32,000 bases of DNA from Psychrobacter sp. DM4 (GTDB lineage Bacteria > Pseudomonadota > Gammaproteobacteria > Pseudomonadales > Moraxellaceae): the NCBI RefSeq assembly GCF_051307035.1, contig NZ_CP195536.1, forward strand, positions 2,040,001 through 2,072,000. The letters are read 5' to 3'. Shown piece by piece: positions 16,562 through 25,223 of the stretch; positions within the stretch are counted from its first letter, which is position 1, and each line of letters opens with the position of its first letter. The position numbers and the translations under genes were made by a program. The notes beneath the pieces were generated by a model. It was not told the origin of the DNA. It did no database searches and saw only the letters and a list, made by a program, of their open reading frames with translations.

Positions 16562-17941
16562 TTAGCTGTTATGAACGTGGACACCTTTGATATTGACAAA
16601 CTCTTTGATACCAAAGCCACCATGCTCGCGACCATGACCTGAATTTTTTACTCCGCCAAAAGGTAGTGCTGGATTGGCAAGACCATAGCCGTTGATGTAG
16701 ACCATACCCGTATCAAACTGCTCATTGGCTAAACGAATCGCTTTGTCTTCGTCTTTTGAGAATATCGCACCGCCCAGACCATATCGGCTGTCATTGGCAA
16801 TGCGTAAAGCATCATCTTGATCTTTAGCTCGTATCAATGCAGCTACTGGACCAAATAGTTCGTCATCATAAGCAGGCTGACCTTTTTGAACATTCTCTAA
16901 GATAGTTGCAGGATAGTAGCTACTTTTGCCTTCTGGTAATTTACCACCGACAGAGATAGTAGCGCCTTTACTTACGCTCTCTTCTACTTGCTTGTGCAGT
17001 TTTTCTTGCAAGTCTTTGCGCGCTAGTGGTCCAAGATCAGAGCTGTCACTCATTGGGTCACCAGATTTTTTGCTAGCGAACTCTTCAACAATACGGTTAC
17101 GGAACTCATCATACAAGCTATCAACGACAATAAAGCGTTTCGCAGCAACACAAGTTTCGCCGTTGTTAATTAAACGCGCCAGAGTACAGGTCTGTACCGC
17201 AAGCTCTAGGTCTGCATCTTCTAGGACGATAAAAGCATCGTTTGAACCTAGCTCCAATACCGCCTTTTTGATAGCCTTTGCAGCTTGTTGACCGACAATG
17301 CTACCTGCGCCGTCACTACCAGTCAGAGTCACGCCTCGTACTTTGTCGTGAGAGATGAGCTCTTCTGACTGATCATGATCGATTAGGATCGTACGGAACA
17401 AATCATTAGGTAGGTCGGACTCATGGAGTATTTTTTCAATAAGTAAGCCTGAGCCTGTGACGTTGGCTGCGTGCTTAAGTAGAACGCTGTTGCCTGCCAT
17501 TAGATTGGCTATGGTATAACGAAATACCTGATAAGCTGGAAAGTTCCAAGGCTGCATACCGTAGATGACACCAATAGGCTGGTAAGTCACAATACCTTTT
17601 TTGAGGCCTTCTATGTCACGTTCATCATCAGCGAGTGCGGCCACACCTTTCTCTGCGGTATAGTCACAGATTGCTTTACACAGATCAACTTCTTGTAGAC
17701 TTTGACTATAAAGTTTGCCGCGCTCTTCAGTCATAAGGCGAGATAACTCTTCTTTATACTTGATCAGCGTTTCACCGATTGAGCTAATAACCTTTGCACG
17801 TTCTTCATGACTAACCGTGCGCCACTCTAAGAACGCTTTATGTGAGTCTTCGACGATTTTGTTCACTTCATCGTGGCTCATATAATTATAATCTTTGATA
17901 TCTTCGCCCGTCGCTGGGTTTACAGTAGTAATATCTGCCAT
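16562..17941 (-). CDS. NAD(P)+-dependent aldehyde dehydrogenase (succinate-semialdehyde dehydrogenase-like)
   Basis: It is ALDH superfamily, with the catalytic Glu context LELGSNDA and Cys context NNGETCVAAKRF. Its 459 aa and the N-terminus TVNPATGE resemble the SSADH/YneI group, but substrate cannot be assigned from sequence. Confidence 0.85.
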   Translation of the reverse strand: MADITTVNPATGEDIKDYNYMSHDEVNKIVEDSHKAFLEWRTVSHEERAKVISSIGETLIKYKEELSRLMTEERGKLYSQSLQEVDLCKAICDYTAEKGVAALADDERDIEGLKKGIVTYQPIGVIYGMQPWNFPAYQVFRYTIANLMAGNSVLLKHAANVTGSGLLIEKILHESDLPNDLFRTILIDHDQSEELISHDKVRGVTLTGSDGAGSIVGQQAAKAIKKAVLELGSNDAFIVLEDADLELAVQTCTLARLINNGETCVAAKRFIVVDSLYDEFRNRIVEEFASKKSGDPMSDSSDLGPLARKDLQEKLHKQVEESVSKGATISVGGKLPEGKSSYYPATILENVQKGQPAYDDELFGPVAALIRAKDQDDALRIANDSRYGLGGAIFSKDEDKAIRLANEQFDTGMVYINGYGLANPALPFGGVKNSGHGREHGGFGIKEFVNIKGVHVHNS

Positions 17942-18020
17942 AATTCTGTGTCCTTATAGTTGTATTTAATTCTGCTTGATCGTTGTCTTCTCAATATTAA
18001 ATCTTATTAGTATTAGGCAT

Positions 18021-18050
18021 CTTGTTGATACCAAGTGCTTGTTAATACCA
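18021..18050. promoter_or_regulatory. Two 13-bp direct repeats upstream of the aldehyde dehydrogenase gene
   Basis: cttgttgatacca (18021-18033) and cttgttaatacca (18038-18050) have a 17-bp period and one mismatch. They lie 80-110 bp upstream of the start at 17941. Confidence 0.3.
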
Positions 18051-18171
18051 GATGATAGTAACAGAGAATTTAGTTTTTAATTTTACAAGATATAAAGATA
18101 TGTGCAGGATGTGTTAACGATGTAACTGCTTTATAAAGACAAATTTAACGAGAGATATTTTGTAAAATCGC

Positions 18172-18201
18172 AACTAAAAACCAGCAATTATCATGCTGGT
18201 T
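18172..18201 (-). terminator. Terminator of the LysR-family gene
   Basis: accagca (18180-18186) pairs with tgctggt (18194-18200). On the - strand this is followed by ttttagtt. Confidence 0.55.
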
Positions 18202-18228
18202 CATAAAAAATTTATCATTCTCATAAAC

Positions 18229-19218
18229 TTAAAATAGTTTGTTGATTACTGGAATATCTTGACTTTGGCTCTCTTCGTCAGCAACGACCTGACGCGCGAC
18301 ATGCATGATTAATTGACGGAGCCAGCGATGCGCAGGATGGTGTTGCAATAGCGGCGACCATGCCATAGTCAACTCGAACTCAGGAATAAAGAATGGGGGA
18401 TCTTCCATCATAATGCTGTCGTTATTTGCTTGCATACGTGCGACGCGAGTAGGCAGCGTTGCTATCAGATCTTTATTGGCAGCGAGCATCGCTGGCATCT
18501 GATAATGACGAGTGAACACGCTGATTTGGCGTTTTTGACCCAAGCGCTGCAATGCCTGATCGATTGAGCCAAGACCGCCTGACTTCTCAGGGTTGACTCC
18601 GAATCCTACGCCCATACCTGTTTTAGATACCCAAACATGCTGAGCTTTTAGGTAGTTTTTGAGATTGAAGCGGTTAGCATAGGGACTTTCTGACGATAAA
18701 AGGCAGCTAAAGGTATCACGCCAGACCAATACTTGATGAAAGCTTTGTGGTATCTCATTGAAGCGGTTAATCGCTAAATCTACCCGCCCCTGCTCCATAT
18801 CGCGATAAGAGACATCTGATGGCGTCAAAAAGTCTAAGATCACATTAGGTGCTTCAGAGCGTAAAGCTTTAACCAGTCTAGGCACCAAAGTTGCCTCGGC
18901 ATAATCAGAGGTCATAATACGAAAAACGCGTGAGGTGCTATAGGGCCGAAATTCGGTGCGAGGTTCTAATACTTGGGTAAGATCAGCGAGTATTTCACGT
19001 ATCCGCGGTTGTAGTTCCAATGCACGCTCCGTCGGCGTCATCCCTTCTGAGGAGCGTACCAAGAGTGGATCGTTAAATAACTTACGCAAACGGCGCAATA
19101 TATTACTCATGGCAGGCTGTGTGATACCTAGCTGCTCTGCTGCCCGCGTCACATTTTTTTCTCTTAGCAGCACATCTAGATGTACTAATAAATTTAAATC
19201 GACCCTTTGCAAATTCAT
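18229..19218 (-). CDS. LysR-family transcriptional regulator
   Basis: The N-terminal wHTH reads MNLQRVDLNLLVHLDVLLREKNVTRAAEQLGITQPAMSNILRRLR, followed by a periplasmic-binding-protein-like effector domain. The ATG at 19218 is preferred over 19248. Confidence 0.9.
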   Translation of the reverse strand: MNLQRVDLNLLVHLDVLLREKNVTRAAEQLGITQPAMSNILRRLRKLFNDPLLVRSSEGMTPTERALELQPRIREILADLTQVLEPRTEFRPYSTSRVFRIMTSDYAEATLVPRLVKALRSEAPNVILDFLTPSDVSYRDMEQGRVDLAINRFNEIPQSFHQVLVWRDTFSCLLSSESPYANRFNLKNYLKAQHVWVSKTGMGVGFGVNPEKSGGLGSIDQALQRLGQKRQISVFTRHYQMPAMLAANKDLIATLPTRVARMQANNDSIMMEDPPFFIPEFELTMAWSPLLQHHPAHRWLRQLIMHVARQVVADEESQSQDIPVINKLF

Positions 19219-19326
19219 ACGTCTGTCTCTTTGCTCTAAATTTAGCACTACTCAAGTATAGTCACATTGTGATTTGCTAACTGCTTATCTTAGCGATAAT
19301 GGATATTATTGATTCAAATATATATG

Positions 19327-19347
19327 TTGATACAAAATCGATATCAA
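19327..19347. promoter_or_regulatory. Dyad TTGATA-N9-TATCAA (contains an LTTR-type T-N11-A core)
   Basis: The sequence is ttgatacaaaatcgatatcaa. It lies about 110-130 bp upstream of the LysR-family start, in the 598-bp divergent region shared with aceA. Confidence 0.3.
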
Positions 19348-19846
19348 TCATCTTTCTTAACTACATGATTTTATTATACTATAGCTAAAATAAATACCCA
19401 AGATAACGGTCATAAATTAGATAAATCTTGGTAATATGTCTATAGTGAATGCCATTAAAGGCTCAAAGTATACAGCATAAGTGTGCTTCAGATGCCTTTA
19501 AAGTAAGGTTGTCACAGTGATGCCACTCTTTATGCTTTGTTAGAGCGTAACCTTTTAAGCATCAGCACTCGCTATTCATAATACCGAGCGAATAGTGTAT
19601 TTTGTAGTAGTTAATCTACTATTATCGCTAACAGGTATTTCAGTATAAACTTATCACTATGCTATTAGAGTTTGTTATTATCGAGCACCAATTATAATTC
19701 TTTTCTATTTTTTGCGCGTTCATCACTGAATGCATAAAAAATCGTTTAGATAAATACACAGGTTCGATAATAAAAGGTTTAATACAACCGTTACTTTTTA
19801 GAATTATTTTTTTGCAAGTTTTTACACCCCACCAAGGAGACTATAG

Positions 19847-21436
19847 ATGTCAACTAACTATAAATCAGCAATTGATCTAGTACGTGAACTCAAGCAGAAG
19901 CACGGCAACTGGCAGAATATCAGCGAGACTGACGCAGCTCGTATGATGGTACAGAACCGTTTCAAAACAGGTTTAGATATCGCTAAGTATACCGCTGACA
20001 TTATGCGTCAGGACATGGAAGACTACGACAACGATACGTCTCAGTACACGCAGTCTCTAGGCGCATGGCATGGTTTTGTCGCTCAACAAACTATGTATGC
20101 TAAGAAAAAGTATTTTGGTACAACCTCAAAAACTTACATCTACCTATCAGGTTGGATGGTAGCAGCCCTTCGTTCTGAGTTTGGTCCTCTACCTGACCAA
20201 TCTATGCACGAAAAAACTTCAGTACCTAAGCTTATCGAAGAGATCTACACGTTCCTTCGCCAAGCAGACGCTAAAGTATTGAACGATTACTTCCGTGAGC
20301 TAAATGCTGCTGAAGAAGCGGGTCAAGACACTAAAGCTATCGAAGAGAAGATTGCTAACTTTGACTCTCACGTTGTGCCAATCATTGCTGATATCGATGC
20401 AGGTTTCGGTAATGAAGAAGCGACTTACTTGCTCACTAAGCAAATGATTGAAGCGGGTGCTTGTGCTATTCAGATCGAAAACCAAGTATCTGACGCCAAG
20501 CAATGTGGTCACCAAGCGGGTAAAGTAACCGTACCGCACGAAGACTTCATCTCTAAGCTAAACGCTATTCGCTATGCATTTTTAGAATTGGGTGTCGAAA
20601 ACGGTATCATCGTTGCTCGTACCGATTCTGAAGGCGCATCACTGACGCAAAAAATTCCAGTATCAGATGAGCCAGGCGATCTAGCTTCTAAATACATCGA
20701 CTTCATCGAGATGGAAGAAGTGACGCTAGAGAATGCTAAAGAAAACGATAGCTTACTCAAGCATAACGGCAAACTAGTACGCCCTGTTCGTCTAGCGAAC
20801 GGTTTATATCAGTTCCGTGAAGACACTAACATTGACCGTGTTGTCCTTGATTGTGTGACTGCTTTACAAAACGGTGCTGATCTATTGTGGATAGAGACGC
20901 CAACACCAAACGTTGAACACATCAAAATGATGGTTGATCGTATTAAAGAAGAAGAGCCAAAAGCGAAGCTTGTTTATAATAACAGCCCATCGTTCAACTG
21001 GACGCTCAACTTCCGTAAGCAAGTTATCGCTCAGTGGGAAACCGAAGGCAAAGACATCTCAAGCTATAATAAAGATGACTTGATGAGTGCTGATTATGAT
21101 GGTACTGATCTTGATAAAGCAGCAGATGAAGCGGCTAAGAACTTCCAAAAAGACGCGTCACGTGAAGCGGGTGTCTTCCATCATCTAATCACCTTGCCAA
21201 CTTATCACACCACAGCGCTTAGCGTGCATGAATTAGCTAAAGGCTACTTCGGTGAAGAAGGCATGCTTGCTTATGCAGCTGGCGTACAACGTAAAGAGAT
21301 CCGCGAAGGCATCTCATGTGTTAAGCACCAAGCAATGGCAGGATCTGATCTTGGTGATGATCATAAAGAGATCTTCTCAGGTGACAATGCTCTAAAAGCT
21401 GGTGGTGGCAAAAACACTATGAACCAGTTCGGCTAG
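19847..21436 (+). CDS. aceA: Isocitrate lyase (long ~530-aa form)
   Basis: It has the catalytic loop KQCGHQAGKV, NNSPSFNW and the ADIDAGFGN motif. A strong SD (aaggaga) sits 7 nt upstream. Confidence 0.95.
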   Translation: MSTNYKSAIDLVRELKQKHGNWQNISETDAARMMVQNRFKTGLDIAKYTADIMRQDMEDYDNDTSQYTQSLGAWHGFVAQQTMYAKKKYFGTTSKTYIYLSGWMVAALRSEFGPLPDQSMHEKTSVPKLIEEIYTFLRQADAKVLNDYFRELNAAEEAGQDTKAIEEKIANFDSHVVPIIADIDAGFGNEEATYLLTKQMIEAGACAIQIENQVSDAKQCGHQAGKVTVPHEDFISKLNAIRYAFLELGVENGIIVARTDSEGASLTQKIPVSDEPGDLASKYIDFIEMEEVTLENAKENDSLLKHNGKLVRPVRLANGLYQFREDTNIDRVVLDCVTALQNGADLLWIETPTPNVEHIKMMVDRIKEEEPKAKLVYNNSPSFNWTLNFRKQVIAQWETEGKDISSYNKDDLMSADYDGTDLDKAADEAAKNFQKDASREAGVFHHLITLPTYHTTALSVHELAKGYFGEEGMLAYAAGVQRKEIREGISCVKHQAMAGSDLGDDHKEIFSGDNALKAGGGKNTMNQFG

Positions 21437-21516
21437 ACTCTAAACTCTAGACGCTAAGTCTTAGACATGGAGTCTCAACAAATAGAACTCCAAATACTAA
21501 GCTAAATGTCTAAAAT

Positions 21517-21556
21517 AAAAAGCCGCCCTACATTATATGTAGGGCGGCTTTTTTTG
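21517..21556. terminator. Terminator after aceA (possibly bidirectional)
   Basis: aagccgccctacat pairs perfectly with atgtagggcggctt over 14 bp. A T-run of 8 follows and an A-rich stretch precedes it. Confidence 0.85.
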
Positions 21557-21627
21557 TGGGCTAAATAATTTGGCACTAACAAAAGCTTTTCATGAAGTGC
21601 TTTTTGCAAATGCTACGTCTAGCAAAA

Positions 21628-22809
21628 CTATATAAGCTTGTCGTCTTTATCGTTACGATTTTTAGGCTCGTTCTTATTCATAATGATATCTTTATTTTCC
21701 TCTTCAAACCATTCTTTGCGTTTGGTAGCGCTCACAATGGGTCTGTGTCCAAAAATCTTGCGGTATAGCGCTTTGATAAGCCTATAGATAAGATAAAAGA
21801 CACTAGCGAGAACCACTAGCCACCATAGCTGAATAATACCTAGGGCGACAGCTCGCAGCATCTCCCAGCCCTCTTTAAAGGCTTGCTGTACTTGCTCACC
21901 AAAGCTTGGTTGCTCAGCATCTACGAGCACCTCTAGGTTTTGGGTTATTTCATTATAACTAATATCAGGCTGTGCAAAGGTCAGATTGATAGTACTGTAT
22001 TTGACTTTATCTTCAATGTCCATGCGCTCAAGCTGCGCAAGCTCTTGCTGACGCCGAGCTGCATAGGTCGCGGTGATAGCATCTACATTGCTACTTTGAT
22101 CCTTGTCATCATCGCTATTAAGACGCTGTTGACCCAGCTCCTGCGCCATATCGTTATTGAGCTGACCTGCCAGCTGCTCACGATAGATATCTAGAGTAAC
22201 GTCTTGCGCGCTAAACTGATGCTCGTTTAAAAAGACCACTTGCTGCTGAACTTGATCCAAGAATGTGGTGACATTCACGCGAGGTACGCGAACGATCATC
22301 TCTGCCTGACGATAGTAAGTCGTTATAGTAATGTTTTTATCGCCTTGCACAAAGCTACGACTGTCCTGCGGGTTATTACTAATATCGCTAAGTGCCACAT
22401 AACCGCCCTGCTGGCGCGTCAGACTCTCAATCGCATTGCTACTTTTGATTACGTCTTTCACCTTGAAGTTGGCACTAGCGGTGACCAAAAGCTTCTTGCC
22501 TGCGATCTGAATGTCTGCGGTTTGACTGCCTAATGTCTGCTCACTAGTATTCGATAAATTATCAACCTCCAACACGTTAGATGAGCTATTGTCTAACGTT
22601 TGGGGTTCGGCGGCCTGCTCAGTCGACTGAATAGACTCCATCTGTGCGCCACTCTCATATTCAGACGATGAGTCGCAACCGCTTATCAGCGCAAATGATC
22701 CTAATAGCAATAAACTATAAACGTGTTTTGCTTTAAATACTTTTATTGTAAGAGAGGTCTTCGTAAGATCTTTACTATCTGTAGATTCTTCTAGAGGGAC
22801 ATAAATCAT
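21628..22809 (-). CDS. DUF4349 domain lipoprotein with C-terminal TM helix
   Basis: It has a lipobox (LLGSFALISGC), the DUF4349 pattern (FKVKDV...QGGYVALSDISN...MIVRVPRVNVTTFLDQV...AQDVTLDIY) and a C-terminal TM helix (IIQLWWLVVLASVFYLIY). The start is uncertain: ATG 22809 is preferred over 22914. Confidence 0.75.
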   Translation of the reverse strand: MIYVPLEESTDSKDLTKTSLTIKVFKAKHVYSLLLLGSFALISGCDSSSEYESGAQMESIQSTEQAAEPQTLDNSSSNVLEVDNLSNTSEQTLGSQTADIQIAGKKLLVTASANFKVKDVIKSSNAIESLTRQQGGYVALSDISNNPQDSRSFVQGDKNITITTYYRQAEMIVRVPRVNVTTFLDQVQQQVVFLNEHQFSAQDVTLDIYREQLAGQLNNDMAQELGQQRLNSDDDKDQSSNVDAITATYAARRQQELAQLERMDIEDKVKYSTINLTFAQPDISYNEITQNLEVLVDAEQPSFGEQVQQAFKEGWEMLRAVALGIIQLWWLVVLASVFYLIYRLIKALYRKIFGHRPIVSATKRKEWFEEENKDIIMNKNEPKNRNDKDDKLI

Positions 22810-22967
22810 TATAAGATTACTTTTGTTGAATGAATTGAATAAATTATAACGAATATTGCTCAGAAGTATACCCTTATAGCACAAGCGAATTAATGTCAAA
22901 ATTTTACTTGTCATCGTCTAGTAGCTCTCATACGATGGCGACAACATAAGCTGTATGGAATAAGAGA

Positions 22968-24494
22968 ATGCAAGAGATAGAATTGAAATTTTTGATACCG
23001 CAATCACGCCTAAAAGGTCTGGTACATCAAACCGAGGTTCAGTCCTCAAAAAAAACACCTCTAGCCGCCTATTACTTTGACACGCCCGAGCAAATATTAG
23101 CCAAGGCAGGTATTGGTCTACGTATTCGACGTGAAGGTGAAAGCTGGGTTCAAACCATCAAGGCAGGTGGCGATGGCATTGCAGCGCGAGTAGAGCATAA
23201 TGCGCCATTGGCTAAAGAGCAAGTTCAGCTTATGCTAGCGGCAGACGCTCTATTGCCAGATTTGACCTTGTATCAAGGCACATCGATTGAGCCTTTGTTA
23301 GCCAACTTTGATCTCAAAAAACTAAGCAAAAAACTGATTGGTCAGTACGTCACTGATGTGATGCGTACGACGCGTCTGCTAGAAGCTACAGATAATGATC
23401 ATACTGATAACAAGAATATTATCGAGCTTGCTTATGATAGTGGTGAGATTATTAGTGGCAGCAAAAATCGCTGTCCTATTCAAGAGATTGAGTTTGAGCT
23501 ACTATCAGGAGAGTTAGCGTTTTTGTTTGCGACAACCAAAACATGGTGCAAACGTCACAAGCTGTGCTTATCGACGGTAACCAAAGCAGAGCGTGGCGGG
23601 TTACTGTTAACAGGACAAGCACATAGCCCAGCAGCTAAAGCTAATTTTAGACATTTTAATATTGACAAGAGTACTAGTATGCCTGCGTTTGTACGCGCCG
23701 CAGTTCACAACTGCCTGCTACAAATATTGCCCAGCAGTAGCGCTATCGTAGCAGGTAGCATGGATGATGAGCATGTTTTACAACTACGTATTGGCATTCG
23801 TCGTTTGCGCGCAGTCCTAAAAGCATTTAAAAAATACTCAGAATACATCAATCCTGAATGGCTACCCATCCTTAAGCAGACGCAAAATCTGCTTGGGGAT
23901 TATCACGATTTAACGCAGTTGACCTCTCATATAGAGCCTGAGCTGGTCGCGCAAGGTGCTCCACAGGTGGACTGGGAGACAGAAACCAATAAGATCAAGA
24001 TAACCCCTATCGATACGGTGCGCGCCAATGACTTCCAGCTGACTTTGCTTGAGCTGATTGAGTTTACGATGAGTGATGCTAGTATCGAATCAAGAGCAAA
24101 TAAACCTGCAATTGATAAACTACCAAAAACCCTCTATAAGTATCACACTAAGTTACTAAAAGTAGAGCAGGACCCAAGATTGGACACTACTGAGGATGAG
24201 ACACTACATAGGGTACGTCGCCGTATAAAAGATCTACTTTACATAAGCGAATTTGCAGCGTCTTTGTATTCAAAAAAGAAAAGTAAGCGCTGGCTAAAGC
24301 ATCTGATAAAAGCGCAAAAAGCATCAGGACGGTATCGCAATCACCGTCAGTATCAACAGCGCTATCAGGACAAATCAGCGATAGATAGTCAAGCGCTGTA
24401 TGGTGCTGGCTGGTTCGCCGCCAAACTAGTCAAAGATAATAAACGTTGTGACAAGCGTCTATCTAAGGTTCGAAACCAAGCGACGTTTTGGTAA
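22968..24494 (+). CDS. CYTH + CHAD two-domain protein (YgiF-like triphosphatase / polyphosphate-associated)
   Basis: The N-terminal EIELKFLIP carries the ExExK CYTH signature. The C-terminal half has CHAD-type basic helices (HVLQLRIGIRRLRAVLKAFKKY, LHRVRRRIKDLLY). Confidence 0.85.
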   Translation: MQEIELKFLIPQSRLKGLVHQTEVQSSKKTPLAAYYFDTPEQILAKAGIGLRIRREGESWVQTIKAGGDGIAARVEHNAPLAKEQVQLMLAADALLPDLTLYQGTSIEPLLANFDLKKLSKKLIGQYVTDVMRTTRLLEATDNDHTDNKNIIELAYDSGEIISGSKNRCPIQEIEFELLSGELAFLFATTKTWCKRHKLCLSTVTKAERGGLLLTGQAHSPAAKANFRHFNIDKSTSMPAFVRAAVHNCLLQILPSSSAIVAGSMDDEHVLQLRIGIRRLRAVLKAFKKYSEYINPEWLPILKQTQNLLGDYHDLTQLTSHIEPELVAQGAPQVDWETETNKIKITPIDTVRANDFQLTLLELIEFTMSDASIESRANKPAIDKLPKTLYKYHTKLLKVEQDPRLDTTEDETLHRVRRRIKDLLYISEFAASLYSKKKSKRWLKHLIKAQKASGRYRNHRQYQQRYQDKSAIDSQALYGAGWFAAKLVKDNKRCDKRLSKVRNQATFW

Positions 24495-24506
24495 ATTTAT
24501 TCAATC

Positions 24507-24550
24507 CTAAAAGAGACAGCTCTATATCTATGAGCTGTCTCTTTATTTTT
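24507..24550. terminator. Bidirectional terminator (CYTH-CHAD gene / L,D-transpeptidase gene)
   Basis: agagacagctc (24510-24520) pairs with gagctgtctct (24530-24540). aaaa precedes it and ttatttttat follows. Confidence 0.8.
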
Positions 24551-24561
24551 ATTTAACATTG

Positions 24562-25071
24562 TTAACTTTCTACGATCGTTACTGGTGTACCCTCTTGTAC
24601 TAGCTCAAATAGCTCGATGATCTCATCGTTACGCATTCGAATACAGCCGTGAGAATAAGGCGCTCCCATAGGCTCGCTATCAGGTGTTCCATGAATGTAG
24701 ATATAACGATCGAAAGTATCGCAGCCGCCTTGATCATTGCATCCTTTGTTAATACCTTCCTCAAGACCACTTAGCCATAAAATACGGCTGAGTATCCAAT
24801 CACGTTTGGGAAACTGAGCGCCAAGACTTGCGTTATAAATTTCGCCCGTTGGTACACGACCGATGAATACCGCGTGACTAGGCTCATTACCGCCTATTTT
24901 TTGAGCGATGATGTGCTGACCAAGCGGGGTACAACCGCTGTCTTGTCGGCTACCTATCCCGTTCTTGCCAGTAGAAATCGCATACTGCTTGATAATAGCG
25001 TCATTACTATACAAGGCTAACGTCTGCGTTCTTATAGTGATTAAAAGGCTCGTAACTCTTTTGTTAGTCAT
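24562..25071 (-). CDS. L,D-transpeptidase (YkuD) domain protein
   Basis: The catalytic motif is IHGTPDSEPMGAPYSHGCIRMRNDE. It is a short 169-aa form with no clear signal peptide. Confidence 0.85.
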   Translation of the reverse strand: MTNKRVTSLLITIRTQTLALYSNDAIIKQYAISTGKNGIGSRQDSGCTPLGQHIIAQKIGGNEPSHAVFIGRVPTGEIYNASLGAQFPKRDWILSRILWLSGLEEGINKGCNDQGGCDTFDRYIYIHGTPDSEPMGAPYSHGCIRMRNDEIIELFELVQEGTPVTIVES

Positions 25072-25223
25072 CGTTATGATCCAATAGGGTAAAGGTATCG
25101 CTTAGGTATAGTGTAGTGAGTCAACTACTAAAGTGAGTGATAGGCAACAAAATCTATGCCAAGGGATTGTATCAGGCTCTCTAGCACCGTAATATGGTTG
25201 TACATTTTTGATGCTAGCAGATT

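Noticed and set aside
2345-22914. N-terminal extensions of track ORFs: NERD 2345-2425, methyltransferase 4624-4734, tkt 8166-8270, serS 9649-9747, LysR 19219-19248 and DUF4349 22810-22914.
   Set aside because: Internal ATGs give N-termini that match the known family starts (MPTPINERK for tkt, MIDPKLL for serS, MNLQRVDLNLL for LysR). The extra residues are atypical. In the tkt case they run through the 8249-8285 hairpin.
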